From the NCBI GenBank assembly GCA_913055945.1, contig CAJXKU010000001.1, positions 1 through 42,760 on the forward strand: a stretch of DNA of 42,760 nt, given 5' to 3'. Source of the DNA: an uncultured Lentisphaerota bacterium (GTDB lineage: Bacteria > Verrucomicrobiota > Lentisphaeria > Oligosphaerales > CAJXKU01). The position numbers were made by a program, and so were the translations under genes. The notes beneath the pieces are model-generated. The model was not told where the DNA came from and searched no databases. It saw only the letters and a list, made by a program, of their open reading frames with translations. Numbering within the stretch: the stretch's first letter is position 1; every line of letters starts with the position of its first letter. Positions 1 through 9,940 of the stretch are shown one piece after another.

Positions 1-138
1 CGGCCGCGCCGTCGACGGCGGACCCTCGATCGCTTCTTTATAAGTGGCCGCCACTCTTTCAACGAACGACCCCGTCAGAGCGCCTTCCGGTGATTAAACC
101 GAGTTAAATCGGGCGTAATTCGGCTGAACGGCTTGCGT

Positions 139-148
139 CATTAAAGTG
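139..148 (+). promoter_or_regulatory. Putative archaeal TATA box for a leaderless transcript of the ORF at 174
   Basis: AT-rich CATTAAAGTG in very GC-rich DNA, centred ~30 nt upstream of ATG 174, with haloarchaeal-type spacing. Confidence 0.4.
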
Positions 149-173
149 GGTCGGGCGCCGAGGGGAAGTCGCT

Positions 174-476
174 ATGAACGCGATCCGAACGACGCTGCTC
201 GTGGCGCTGGCCACGGTGGTACTGATCGGGACCGGCGCGGCCGCCGGCGCCGTCGCGGCGACGCCCGGGCCGGGCGACGCGCCCGGCGACGCGGGGCCGC
301 CGAGCGACCTCCCGGACCAAGTGCCGGACTTCGTCGGCGGGGTCCTCGATAGCGTGAACGAGTTCCTCGGCGGCGGCGTCGACGACCTCGGTGAGACCGT
401 GAGCGAGGTCGCCGGGAACGGCGCCGGCGATGGCGAGGATGACGGGTCCGACGCGAGCGACGGGGAGGAGGCGTAA
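174..476 (+). CDS. Small secreted acidic hypothetical protein, haloarchaeal-like
   Basis: Hydrophobic signal peptide, D/E/G-rich mature part, nearly all codons end in G/C; resembles small haloarchaeal exported proteins (PGDAGPPSDLPDQVPDFV). Confidence 0.75.
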   Translation: MNAIRTTLLVALATVVLIGTGAAAGAVAATPGPGDAPGDAGPPSDLPDQVPDFVGGVLDSVNEFLGGGVDDLGETVSEVAGNGAGDGEDDGSDASDGEEA

Positions 477-477
477 C

Positions 478-1158
478 GTGACGGACCGGACGCCGGACTC
501 GGACGCGTCCGCCCTCGACGCTCTCGACCGCCGGACGTACCTGCAGGCGATCGGTACGGCTGTTGTGGGAAGCGCCGTTATTCTGCTGGGAAGCCTCCAC
601 GTCTACCTCGTGCATCGTATTCACGAGCTGAACCTGAACAAGATCAACGAACTGATGACCAGGGATGAACTTACCCGTTTGTTCAATCTGCGCGCAGGTC
701 AGGAAGCTCTGCAGAGGGAGATGGAACGTGCAGAGAGGTATCAGGAAGCGTTCGCCGTGCTATCCATAGACTTGGATAATTTTAAGACCGTGAACGATAC
801 CCTCGGTCATAGCGCAGGCGATGACCTTCTTGTTAAGGTTGCAGACACGTTGAAGGCGTCCAGCCGTAGAACGGACATTCCCGTCAGGGTTGGCGGAGAT
901 GAATTTTTGATGATTCTTCCGAACACCGGTATCGGCGGGGCTGTTGTACTCGCTTCGCGGCTCATTGAGCACATCCGGAAGCTATCTGTGCAGGAGGGGG
1001 AAGAGGTTGAAAATCAGATTCCGATCAGCGCCAGCATAGGAACTGCAGCGTTCCCTGATCATGGCACAGACGGGGAGAAACTGTTACAGAAAGTGGACAA
1101 AGCACTTTACAAGGCAAAGAACAACGGGGGAAGCCAATACAGCTTACCGCAGGAATAA
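478..1158 (+). CDS. GGDEF diguanylate cyclase; N-terminus probably chimeric (haloarchaeal-type Tat leader fused to a bacterial TM-GGDEF)
   Basis: DELTRLFN, DLDNFKTVNDTLGHSAGD, RxxD I-site (RRTD) and GGDEF motifs; GTG at 478 follows the upstream stop; DRRTYL twin-arginine-like N-terminus. Confidence 0.85.
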   Translation: MTDRTPDSDASALDALDRRTYLQAIGTAVVGSAVILLGSLHVYLVHRIHELNLNKINELMTRDELTRLFNLRAGQEALQREMERAERYQEAFAVLSIDLDNFKTVNDTLGHSAGDDLLVKVADTLKASSRRTDIPVRVGGDEFLMILPNTGIGGAVVLASRLIEHIRKLSVQEGEEVENQIPISASIGTAAFPDHGTDGEKLLQKVDKALYKAKNNGGSQYSLPQE

Positions 1159-1466
1159 GCGAACCTTTAAGCAGGAAACCGGCCCGCTGTCAGGACTGAA
1201 TCCGATTGGCCCGAGTCTGTGTTTCTGTTCTTCATCCCGGACAATAAAAACAAGAGACGAAAGCCGGAGAGCATAATACCCGGTCTTTTTAGTTAAAATG
1301 CGTACACCTCCGTGCGCCCGTAATGCCAGGCGACGCAGGGAGATTTTACGGGTGTACCCATATGTACACCACGGAATTGTTATCTGTGCAGTGTCCGTTA
1401 TGTTAAAACAAGAACAGGGATACTGGGAATCGCTCCTACAGACGAGAAGTAAGTGGAGTTGCACTA

Positions 1467-2819
1467 ATGCGCGTTCTGATTGTCGAAGATGAAAAGACGT
1501 ACGCTCAAATGCTTAAGCGCCTTCTTGAGAAAGAAGGCTACGAAGATGTGGCTTTGGCCCAAAGCGGAGAGGAAGCACTTGAAAAGCTGGCGCAGGGGCC
1601 ATTTGACGTATTGGTTTCCGATATCTGCCTTCCCGGTATGAGTGGGCTCGACTTGGTGCCTCGGGCTCGAAAGAAAATTGCCGGACTGGATGTCATACTG
1701 ATGACCGCCTTCGCTGATATAGCTTCAGCCCGTGAGGCCCTGCGACAAGGGGCCCTCGATTATCTGGAAAAGCCCTTCGACAACAAGGATATCCTTTCGC
1801 TTCTTTCCAAGGTGCAAGCCCGAAGACAGGCTCGGGGCAATCGTTCCGGCACCGACACAGAGACATTTGACGGAATGATCACAAGCAGTTCAGTGATGCA
1901 CGAGATTTTTAGAAAAATTGACAAAGCCGCTCGATCCCAAGTACCTGTGCTGATATGTGGTGAAAGCGGTACCGGTAAAGAACTGGCCGCTCGAGCGGTG
2001 CATCAACAGAGCGACCGTTCGGAAGGGCCGTTCGTCGTCATCCACTCTCCGGCCTTACCGGATACACTGCTGGAAAGCGAATTGTTCGGGCACGAAAAAG
2101 GAGCTTTTACCGGTGCTGATACACAGAAAACGGGAAAATTCGAAGTGGCGAATGGGGGCACACTTTTTTTCGACGAAATCGGGGAAATGCCGTTAAGGCT
2201 CCAGCCTAAGCTCTTACGTTTTCTGCAGAATTACGAATTCAACCGGGTCGGGGGATCACAGTCCAAGAGTGTGGACGTTCGTGTCATAGCAGCCACGAAC
2301 CGCGATCTGGACGATGAGCTTCGGGCAGGCAACTTCCGGGAGGATCTGTTTTACAGACTGGACGTTGTGCGTATTACTATTCCGCCTCTTCGGGAACGCC
2401 CCGAAGATATTGAACCGTTGGCCAAACACTTCATCCGCCAGCAGGGATACCCCGAAACGATCCTTGCCCCTGATGCGCTGCGGATTCTGCAGGAACACCA
2501 GTGGCCGGGCAATGTGCGCGAATTGATCAATGTCATTGAAAGTGCGGTCATCGAAACTGAAGGAGAAAATATTACTGCGGAGACCCTGTCAAGCAAAATA
2601 AGTTCCGCCGCAGCGCAAAAAAGAAACGGCTCTCCTGCTCCGCAAGCTGTCGAAGACGAAACATCGACGCTGGACTTGCAGGATAACGAAGCGCGTCTGA
2701 TCCAAAAGGCCCTGAAGCAGAGTGAAGGAAACAAATCCAAAGCAGCAGAACTTCTGGGTATAACAAGGCGCCGGCTTTACTCCCGTATGGACCGGTTGGG
2801 CCTGACTTCTAAGGACTAG
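1467..2819 (+). CDS. Sigma-54-dependent response regulator (NtrC/AtoC family; REC-AAA+-Fis HTH)
   Basis: Receiver domain, GESGTGKE Walker A, GAFTGA, FFDEIG, RATNRDL-like (AATNRDL), WPGNVREL, C-terminal HTH. Confidence 0.95.
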   Translation: MRVLIVEDEKTYAQMLKRLLEKEGYEDVALAQSGEEALEKLAQGPFDVLVSDICLPGMSGLDLVPRARKKIAGLDVILMTAFADIASAREALRQGALDYLEKPFDNKDILSLLSKVQARRQARGNRSGTDTETFDGMITSSSVMHEIFRKIDKAARSQVPVLICGESGTGKELAARAVHQQSDRSEGPFVVIHSPALPDTLLESELFGHEKGAFTGADTQKTGKFEVANGGTLFFDEIGEMPLRLQPKLLRFLQNYEFNRVGGSQSKSVDVRVIAATNRDLDDELRAGNFREDLFYRLDVVRITIPPLRERPEDIEPLAKHFIRQQGYPETILAPDALRILQEHQWPGNVRELINVIESAVIETEGENITAETLSSKISSAAAQKRNGSPAPQAVEDETSTLDLQDNEARLIQKALKQSEGNKSKAAELLGITRRRLYSRMDRLGLTSKD

Positions 2820-3112
2820 CCGTTAATGTGCAACGGTCGATGCGCGAAGTTCCGTGCCGCGTTTGAGAACTGAACGACTCACCATTCATAATTGATGTAA
2901 ACAGATGTCAACGTCGATGTCGGACGTAACCCTGGAGTTGTTCTCCAGCGACGGTGTTGTCCAGCAAGCTGCGATACAAAAGAGGGGGCTTAAAAGTTGA
3001 AAATCGGCGGAGGGCCACTATATTACTATAGCGGATAGAACGGTAGCTTTGACCCCACATAATTGAGCTCCCCATACAAAAGTTGGAACCGTAAACGAAA
3101 TTGGAGGAAAAC

Positions 3113-4330
3113 ATGGCAAATCAAGCACGTCTCTATAACATTGTTCCGTTGCTGCGGGCGGCTGAGCAGAGTTCCCAGGAAGGACATCATGCCGCTGTTG
3201 GTGCGTACAACATAAATTTCTATGCCCAGGCCGAAGGTGTCGTGGAAGGCCTGAAGCGCACCGATTCTCCCGGGATTATTCAGGCCAGCAAGGGGGCGAA
3301 TAAGTTCCAGGGCGGACCGGATAAGCTCCAGTATATGCTTTTTAAAGCGGCTACGGATCTGGGCTATGATGTCCCTATGGCCCTGCACCTTGACCATGGC
3401 AATGAAAAGGCGGCCAAGGAGTGCATCGAAAAAGGCTACAGCTCAGTTATGATCGACGGATCCGGAGATCATATCACCGAAAACTTCGGCTTGACCGAGA
3501 AAATCACCGCGCTGGCTCATGAAAAAGGGTTGAGCACGGAAGGCGAACTCGGGCAACTTGCGGGTGTTGAAGAAGACGTCGAACACGAGTTCAGTAAATA
3601 CGCCGATCCGGTAGTTGTCCCCGCCTTTTTCCGTCTCACCGGCGTTGATGCATTGGCCGTAGCGTACGGTACCTCTCACGGTCCCACAAAAGGCCGGACA
3701 GATCTGGTCAACCTGAATATCGTTGCCGATTCTTATGCCCGCCTGCGTAATGATAATCTGAATGAGGATCACTTCCTGGTGGGCCACGGTTCCTCTACAG
3801 TACCGTCGAAGTACGTTGCTTTGATCAACGAATATGGCGGCAACCTTAGCGATACAAGCGGTGTACCGGAAGCGATCCTGAAACAGGGGAGATACGTCGG
3901 ACTTCGCAAGTTTAATATCGATACCGATCTGCGGCTTGCTATGACGGGGTACGTACGCAAATGGGTCCACGAAAACGCAGATGCAGCTGAATCCTCCGAA
4001 TTGGTAAGCAAAATCAAGGGCACGCTGGACGGTAAGCTGCCGGCATACGATAAAAACGGCGAACAGGTAAAGCCTGAGGAAATCACCGACCCCAGAAGTT
4101 GGCTTACGCCGATTGTGGAGTCGAACCCGGATGCTTTGCGGGAACATTACAAAGATACGGGTGACGAAGCATTCATCGAACTGATGGGGGTCGTTAAAGA
4201 AACCGTGGCCGAACACGTGGCGTATCTGAATGACGCCGTATTCAACAATAAAGGACTTGCAGAGAAAGTAGAGGGGCAACCGTTTGCAACTATAGGTAAA
4301 GAGGATGTTGCCTCTTTACTGAAAAGCTGA
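3113..4330 (+). CDS. fba: Class II fructose-bisphosphate aldolase
   Basis: HLDHG, SSVMIDGS, EGELG, GTSHG, HGSS and KFNIDTDLR motifs; GGAGG SD upstream of ATG 3113. Confidence 0.92.
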   Translation: MANQARLYNIVPLLRAAEQSSQEGHHAAVGAYNINFYAQAEGVVEGLKRTDSPGIIQASKGANKFQGGPDKLQYMLFKAATDLGYDVPMALHLDHGNEKAAKECIEKGYSSVMIDGSGDHITENFGLTEKITALAHEKGLSTEGELGQLAGVEEDVEHEFSKYADPVVVPAFFRLTGVDALAVAYGTSHGPTKGRTDLVNLNIVADSYARLRNDNLNEDHFLVGHGSSTVPSKYVALINEYGGNLSDTSGVPEAILKQGRYVGLRKFNIDTDLRLAMTGYVRKWVHENADAAESSELVSKIKGTLDGKLPAYDKNGEQVKPEEITDPRSWLTPIVESNPDALREHYKDTGDEAFIELMGVVKETVAEHVAYLNDAVFNNKGLAEKVEGQPFATIGKEDVASLLKS

Positions 4331-4390
4331 TCAGCCGCACAGACCGGCCTGAAAAGGCTTTGCTCACATAAGCCTCTTTCTCAGCTGAAC

Positions 4391-4443
4391 AAAAGGTTGG
4401 AGCGGTTACCATCTGTCTGAAAGAGCCGTTCCAACCTTTTTTT
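4391..4443 (+). terminator. Intrinsic terminator after fba
   Basis: AAAAGGTTGGAGCGGTT...AGCCGTTCCAACCTTTTTTT inverted repeat with T-tract. Confidence 0.75.
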
Positions 4444-4795
4444 ACGTCCGTGCACATATCGTGCACGTATAGGGAATATATGCTTCGATTACAGACATTG
4501 GACAAACGAGTAAACGTGGTATCGTATGGGTGAGCGTATGAGAGAGAAAGCGAGCCAAGAGAGTTGATGCTTCCGAGGTGCTCGTGGAGAAAAGAATGTT
4601 CAAAAGGCGGGGTGTCGATCGCCTAAGGGAACAAGTGAACGCAACAAGCGTGGAGCATGGGTTCCGTAGGATTCTTTTTTTTAAGCTCTTTATTGCAGGA
4701 TTGGCCCGTTGTGGGATGGATGGCTCCACCGAATGAGGCTATGGTAAGGGTAGTGTCGAGGTAACACTCAGGGTAAAGACAAAGGAGCTTTACTG

Positions 4796-7516
4796 TTGCG
4801 GTTTCAGTGTCCACATTGCGGCGGTATAAACGAGGTAGATGACTCGTCAGCAGGTAAGGCGGTGAACTGCACAAGCTGCAGTACGGCGGCCGCCGTACCC
4901 CCGCATCATCTTGCTCCCGGAGCCGTGGTTAACGATTTTGTAATTAAAGAGAAAATCGGTAGCGGCGGCAGCAACACGACTGTATATCAGGCCCACCAGA
5001 TTTCCCTTGATCGACCCGTAGCGTTAAAAATCGTCCATGAGGCCGAAGAGCAGGACGAGAGCGTACGTAACGAACTGTTGCGCGAAGGACGTGCTGCGGC
5101 GCGTTTGACCCACTCCTCGATTGTACAGGCATATGCGGCCGGAGAAGAAGGCGGCGTATACTATTTTGCCATGGAATACGTAGAAGGGACCACCCTTCAC
5201 GAGATTCTTACGCAGACCGGACGCATGGTCGTGGACCAGGCTTTGACCATCATTGCCCAGATTGCTGAAGCGCTGGCGCACGCCTGGGAAAAAGAGCAGC
5301 TTGTGCACAATGACATTAAACCCAGCAACATTATCCTGTCAAAAAGGGGGGAGAAAAAACTTGCCGACCTTGGGCTGGCTCACCGGCCTGCCGAATCAGC
5401 TGAACAGGATGAGACGGTCTCGGGTACTCCCCAGTATATTGCCCCTGAACACCTTCAGGGAAAAGGCATCGACTGCCGCGCGGATATTTACAGCCTTGGC
5501 GGCACGCTATACTGCGCGCTCACCGGCACGCCGCCGTACGTGGGAAAAAATGCTTTAGAAACAGCGAAAAAACATTTGACTACACGTCTGACCCCTCCGG
5601 AGAAAATTGTGTCAGAAATCTCGGCCAATGTTTCCCACCTTGTCCAATGCATGCTCACCAAACGTCCGGAACATCGTTACAGCTCCTACCGGGAACTGCT
5701 GCAGGATATGAAACGGGTTCAGCGCGGAAAAGCCCCCACGAAGGAACTGCCCGAAGATGCTCAGAAACCGTTGTTATTCGAAGATGGCGAAGAGCAAACC
5801 GGCGAAGGGAAAGAGGGCAGTGAGAAGAAAAAACGGGAAACTCGATCACAGAAAAAAGAAGACAGTGAACGGGGAACGGAAAGTAAGGGGAGTGCCGGAG
5901 GAAAGCGGCTGAAAACACATTCCGGACGTTCAAAGAAAACACTGTCGCATAAAGGTAAAAGTTCCCGGTCAGATTCCGGCAGTGAAGGTGATGCCCGGGC
6001 GGCCTCAACCAGAAGCGGCAGTGGTCGGTCAGGGCGAACGCGGCCGAACACTGCGCAGTCTAAGGCAGAAGGGGATCAGAACAACCAAACAGGAACTCAG
6101 GAGCAAAAAGCGTCTGCCGGAAAAAAGAAAGCTGCAGTGGGCGTACTTTGCCTGCTGGCCCTGCTTGTTGCAGGAGGCGTAAGCGTTGTTTTGATTTCCG
6201 GCGGTGAGTCTTCCTCCTCGGACGGAAAAAACGGGCAAAACCAGGCATCCCAGGGAGAATCGGAGAATTCAGCTGATTCCGGCGGGACTGGTGAAAATGA
6301 AAAACGAAAGAACACTCTCCTCGAGTTAAAAAAGATGGTGAAGTCTAATGCGGACGCTTCAGAAATTCTGCAAACAGCCGAGACCGCAATTGCTCAGGCC
6401 CAGGGCGAGACAGTCTTCATTACAAAAGTACGCAAAATTATAAGGAAAGTTCTTGAGAAAAAGGTTCGGCAGGAACGACAGGTCCACCATCAGAAACAAA
6501 TGCAGAACTGGGAAGAACGTGCACAGAAGCTGAGAAGGCAACACCTCAAAGAGACCGCTGAAGAAAGGCGTGCAGCAGTTGAACGTCTGCGCAATGCGGC
6601 CAAAGGTGTAAACGCACAAGAGTGGGCCGAATCGTACTGGGAACGGGCTACGCGGTTGCAGAAAAAAGCCAGGCAGGCTTTTGAAGAGGAAAATTTTGAG
6701 AAAGCCGGCGCGCGGTGGCAAAGCGCAAAAGAAGCTTTACAGGAAGCTATACAGGCCGGCCGAGAAAAGCAGGAAGAAAAACAAAACCTGAAACAGCGAT
6801 ATGACAAATTGCGGGAAAAGGCCCTAAACCTTTGTCGAAAGAACAAATACTTGAAGGCGAAGGAGCTCTTTATTCCTTTAAAAACGAGTGATTTTCCGGA
6901 ATGTCAAGCCTGGGCGGAGCAGAAGATGAAGACGATAGATGTTGCCAAGGAAGTTTTCTCCAGCGTGGCCGGCACAGATAACAAACTGAAAGGCAAAGAC
7001 TTCACTGGTAGAGACGACAATTGGAAAGTGGATTACATAGGTTCCTCGAAGATCGGACTTCGTCTCATCGAGACAAGTTACAAAAATGGAGAATGGAAGA
7101 AGGAAACAACGAGGAAGACAAAGCTTCCCTTGAAAGATGTCTCTGCTTCGGCAATGTTGGATCTTTACAAGATGTTGAAGCTGGGCAGCAAAGACAAAAA
7201 GCTTACATCAGAGTTGAAATATAAGTTTGGCGCTTATTTACTTGCCAGGGGAAAAAATAAAAGCGCTCTGGATATGGCGAAAAACTTTTTAGCGGCATAC
7301 GGAAAGCCGCCCTCGTCAAAAATGCTGAAGGAGTTGGAAAAGGTCCGGGTACTGGTCGTTGAACGGAGCTGGACGAAAAGACTTGACAGGCTGAAGCTGT
7401 GGGTCAATCAGGGTCGGATGGAAAAAGCGAAAAGGTTTGTTGAGTACCTAAAGCAGAAATACCCGGATAAATATGCTGAAAGTAAAGAAGAAATTCGCCG
7501 GATACTGCGAGAGTAA
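4796..7516 (+). CDS. Membrane Ser/Thr protein kinase with N-terminal zinc ribbon and large helical C-terminal (probably extracytoplasmic) region
   Basis: CPHC..CTSC ribbon; GSGG loop, VALK, HNDIKPSN, DLG, GTPQYIAPE; low-complexity linker; TM helix VGVLCLLALLVAGGVSVVLI; TTG start with AAGGAG SD. Confidence 0.93.
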   Translation: MRFQCPHCGGINEVDDSSAGKAVNCTSCSTAAAVPPHHLAPGAVVNDFVIKEKIGSGGSNTTVYQAHQISLDRPVALKIVHEAEEQDESVRNELLREGRAAARLTHSSIVQAYAAGEEGGVYYFAMEYVEGTTLHEILTQTGRMVVDQALTIIAQIAEALAHAWEKEQLVHNDIKPSNIILSKRGEKKLADLGLAHRPAESAEQDETVSGTPQYIAPEHLQGKGIDCRADIYSLGGTLYCALTGTPPYVGKNALETAKKHLTTRLTPPEKIVSEISANVSHLVQCMLTKRPEHRYSSYRELLQDMKRVQRGKAPTKELPEDAQKPLLFEDGEEQTGEGKEGSEKKKRETRSQKKEDSERGTESKGSAGGKRLKTHSGRSKKTLSHKGKSSRSDSGSEGDARAASTRSGSGRSGRTRPNTAQSKAEGDQNNQTGTQEQKASAGKKKAAVGVLCLLALLVAGGVSVVLISGGESSSSDGKNGQNQASQGESENSADSGGTGENEKRKNTLLELKKMVKSNADASEILQTAETAIAQAQGETVFITKVRKIIRKVLEKKVRQERQVHHQKQMQNWEERAQKLRRQHLKETAEERRAAVERLRNAAKGVNAQEWAESYWERATRLQKKARQAFEEENFEKAGARWQSAKEALQEAIQAGREKQEEKQNLKQRYDKLREKALNLCRKNKYLKAKELFIPLKTSDFPECQAWAEQKMKTIDVAKEVFSSVAGTDNKLKGKDFTGRDDNWKVDYIGSSKIGLRLIETSYKNGEWKKETTRKTKLPLKDVSASAMLDLYKMLKLGSKDKKLTSELKYKFGAYLLARGKNKSALDMAKNFLAAYGKPPSSKMLKELEKVRVLVVERSWTKRLDRLKLWVNQGRMEKAKRFVEYLKQKYPDKYAESKEEIRRILRE

Positions 7517-8400
7517 TGCGCATTGTTCATTTTTCAGATACCCACGTGTTTCGCGCCCCCCGGGATGTCAGGGCGTTTCTGGACAAACGTCTCTTAGGCG
7601 TAATAAATTTCAGCCTCCGCCGGCAATCCCGAATTGATTACAATCTTTTCGATCGGGCTGTCTCAACAATAAAATCCTTGGCACCGGATGTAGTTGTGTG
7701 CACCGGCGATCTTACGGCTGTGGGAACGCCTCAGGAATTCGCCGACGTTCTGGATGTATTGGCTCCTCTCCGCAACAACCCGGCATTTGACTTCATCTTT
7801 GTGCCGGGAAACCACGATGCCTACGTGCCGCGCAAACGGTGTAAGGAGAGCCTTCGGGAAACGTTTTACGAACTCAACAGTGGTCGATGGAAGCTTGATG
7901 ATCTTCCGGTTACCTTGGAGAAGGACAACCTTCGGTTTTTCGTCGTGAATCAGGCACAACCCACGAATCTGTTTTCTTCTGCCGGTATTACCTCTGATGC
8001 TGAGCTGGAACAACTCCGAACGGAGCTTAATGCTCCTCGTAAAACCGGGGAGAAACGTCTGATGATATCCCACTACCCGACGCTTAACGGTGAGGGACAC
8101 CGGCTTCCTTGGCCCCGCCGCCACACCAAAGACCGGCAATTCATGAAAATTCTGGATGATGGACAGATTGATATTCTGCTCAGTGGCCACGTTCACACGC
8201 CGTTTAAACACGTGCAACCTAACAGTACACTCCAGATTTCTGCAGGTGCATTGACGATATACGGACAGATCAATGTCCTTGAATACAGTCCCCAGACAGG
8301 AACATTCCGGCAGTACTGGAAGGATATTAAAAAGCCTCAGACGCCTCGCCCTGACGCGATGGAATCACAGACTCTTCTGCAGGCAAAGGCCCGGGAGTGA
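7516..8400 (+). CDS. Calcineurin-like metallophosphoesterase (Icc/CpdA-like)
   Basis: SDTH, TGD, GNHD, HYP and GHVH motifs; start overlaps the kinase stop (TAATG). Confidence 0.9.
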   Translation: MRIVHFSDTHVFRAPRDVRAFLDKRLLGVINFSLRRQSRIDYNLFDRAVSTIKSLAPDVVVCTGDLTAVGTPQEFADVLDVLAPLRNNPAFDFIFVPGNHDAYVPRKRCKESLRETFYELNSGRWKLDDLPVTLEKDNLRFFVVNQAQPTNLFSSAGITSDAELEQLRTELNAPRKTGEKRLMISHYPTLNGEGHRLPWPRRHTKDRQFMKILDDGQIDILLSGHVHTPFKHVQPNSTLQISAGALTIYGQINVLEYSPQTGTFRQYWKDIKKPQTPRPDAMESQTLLQAKARE

Positions 8401-8577
8401 AGGGTGCTCGAACCTCGGACGGGCACATTTATGTAGGGGCAACGGGATGTCACCGCCGGCAAAACAGTTGGTCGTGAGCAAGCTGAGTAGCACCTGTTAT
8501 TTTACTACACTAGTGATAGGGATCAGGATATTTCAACTGTATGAAATCACCTTGTTAATGGACAAAGGGGACTGTGT

Positions 8578-9462
8578 ATGCATCAACCGTTTTTAACTAC
8601 CAGCAGAGGAATCCTTTTTGCGGAGGATTGCCTTTCGTTCCTGGCGGATGTCTCGTCTAATTTTGCAGATTGCGTTTTTGCCGATCCCCCTTTTAATCTC
8701 GGAAAAGACTATAAGAACGGATATGAGGATAACATAGGCAGTACAGCATATTTCCGGTGGTGTCAGGAGTGGCTTAACGAATGTTGCCGTATTCTTAAGC
8801 CAGGAGGTGCCATCTTTGTTTACGCCACCCCAGAACTTGCCATCCGTTTTGCAAATATCCTAAGCGACATAGCTGACTTCCGACATTGGATTGCATTGTC
8901 GATGAAGGGAACCTACCCCCGAGGCAACAAACTATATCCTGCTCATTACGCTCTTTTATATTACACGCTAGGTCAGCCGAAAACCTTCAACAATCTGCGC
9001 GTACCTATTCCTACATGCCGACATTGCGGAAAAGAAACTAAAGATTACGGAGGGCACCGAAATAAACTTAACCCTGAAGGTTTAAATCTTACTGACTTTT
9101 GGGAAGATACTTCACCAAACAGACATCGTAAGTTCAAGGTCCGCCCGGGGGTCAACGAACTGAAGCTTACTATTCCGGAACGGGCTATTCTGATTGCCAC
9201 GAATGAGAACGACATTGTGTTCGATCCTTTTGGCGGTGGAGGTTCTACTTACCAGGCCGCTGAGCTCCACAACCGATTTTGGTTAGGGACAGAAATGTAT
9301 GACAGCGGCCATATTCGACGACGTCTTCTTGAACGCTTCCCTTTCTCGGTCGATAGAAAACCAGATTTCGATATAAGTAAAGCTTTGGATAACTATGAAG
9401 ATTACCAACATCATTTACTACAACGGAGCGCACCAGAAAATATGCCGTCTCGGACTGGCTGA
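8578..9462 (+). CDS. Beta-class N4-cytosine/N6-adenine DNA methyltransferase of a type II RM system
   Basis: Motif IV DPPF precedes motif I DPFGGGGST; LKPGG motif; lower GC than flanks. Confidence 0.93.
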   Translation: MHQPFLTTSRGILFAEDCLSFLADVSSNFADCVFADPPFNLGKDYKNGYEDNIGSTAYFRWCQEWLNECCRILKPGGAIFVYATPELAIRFANILSDIADFRHWIALSMKGTYPRGNKLYPAHYALLYYTLGQPKTFNNLRVPIPTCRHCGKETKDYGGHRNKLNPEGLNLTDFWEDTSPNRHRKFKVRPGVNELKLTIPERAILIATNENDIVFDPFGGGGSTYQAAELHNRFWLGTEMYDSGHIRRRLLERFPFSVDRKPDFDISKALDNYEDYQHHLLQRSAPENMPSRTG

Positions 9463-9940
9463 ACTGTTTCTCGAAGTACAGGACGCCCTGCTTTCGCTCT
9501 CCGTAGAACTAAAAGAAGAAAAAGATGCGAACGGCGGCGCTGAATTGCGAAAGATGATCGATGCCAAGTTTGAAGCGTTAGGTGACTGGGAAAAGATATC
9601 TGCTGGGGGCATAGATTGGAAGAAAAAACTCCGCTATAACCAGACAATCCTCGTACGATTGGGGGTCGAGCTCCAAGTATCAGCTCGGAGTGACCTGCTT
9701 GTGCGTGACATTGTTCATTTTCGCAAAAGTATTGATGATGGTGAAATAGATGTGGGGTTAGTGATTGTGCCTGATCATAAACTGCAACGCTTCTTACCGG
9801 ATAGGACCCCTTGTCTTCAGGATGCCACTCGGTATATCGAAAAAGAGTTTAAAGAGGCGATGAATTATCCGCTTATAGTGCTTGCGATTGAACACGACGG
9901 ACCGGGGGAAATTCTGCAAAAACAAGCAAGAAAGGCTTGA
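9395..9940 (+). CDS. Type II restriction endonuclease, BglII/BstYI family
   Basis: IDW-K..GVELQ (ExQ catalytic variant), D....F......IDVG+VIVP pattern, 181 aa, overlapping the MTase. Confidence 0.8.
   Translation: MKITNIIYYNGAHQKICRLGLAELFLEVQDALLSLSVELKEEKDANGGAELRKMIDAKFEALGDWEKISAGGIDWKKKLRYNQTILVRLGVELQVSARSDLLVRDIVHFRKSIDDGEIDVGLVIVPDHKLQRFLPDRTPCLQDATRYIEKEFKEAMNYPLIVLAIEHDGPGEILQKQARKA

Noticed and set aside
146..624. Arg-rich ORFs 146..352 (+) and 172..624 (-)
   Set aside because: Off-frame translations of very GC-rich DNA; the 174..476 frame has the coding-like bias
1300..1376. Nested inverted repeats (TCCGTG/CACGGA, CCCGTAA/TTACGGG) upstream of the NtrC-type gene
   Set aside because: Short and imperfect; cannot be distinguished from chance without computation
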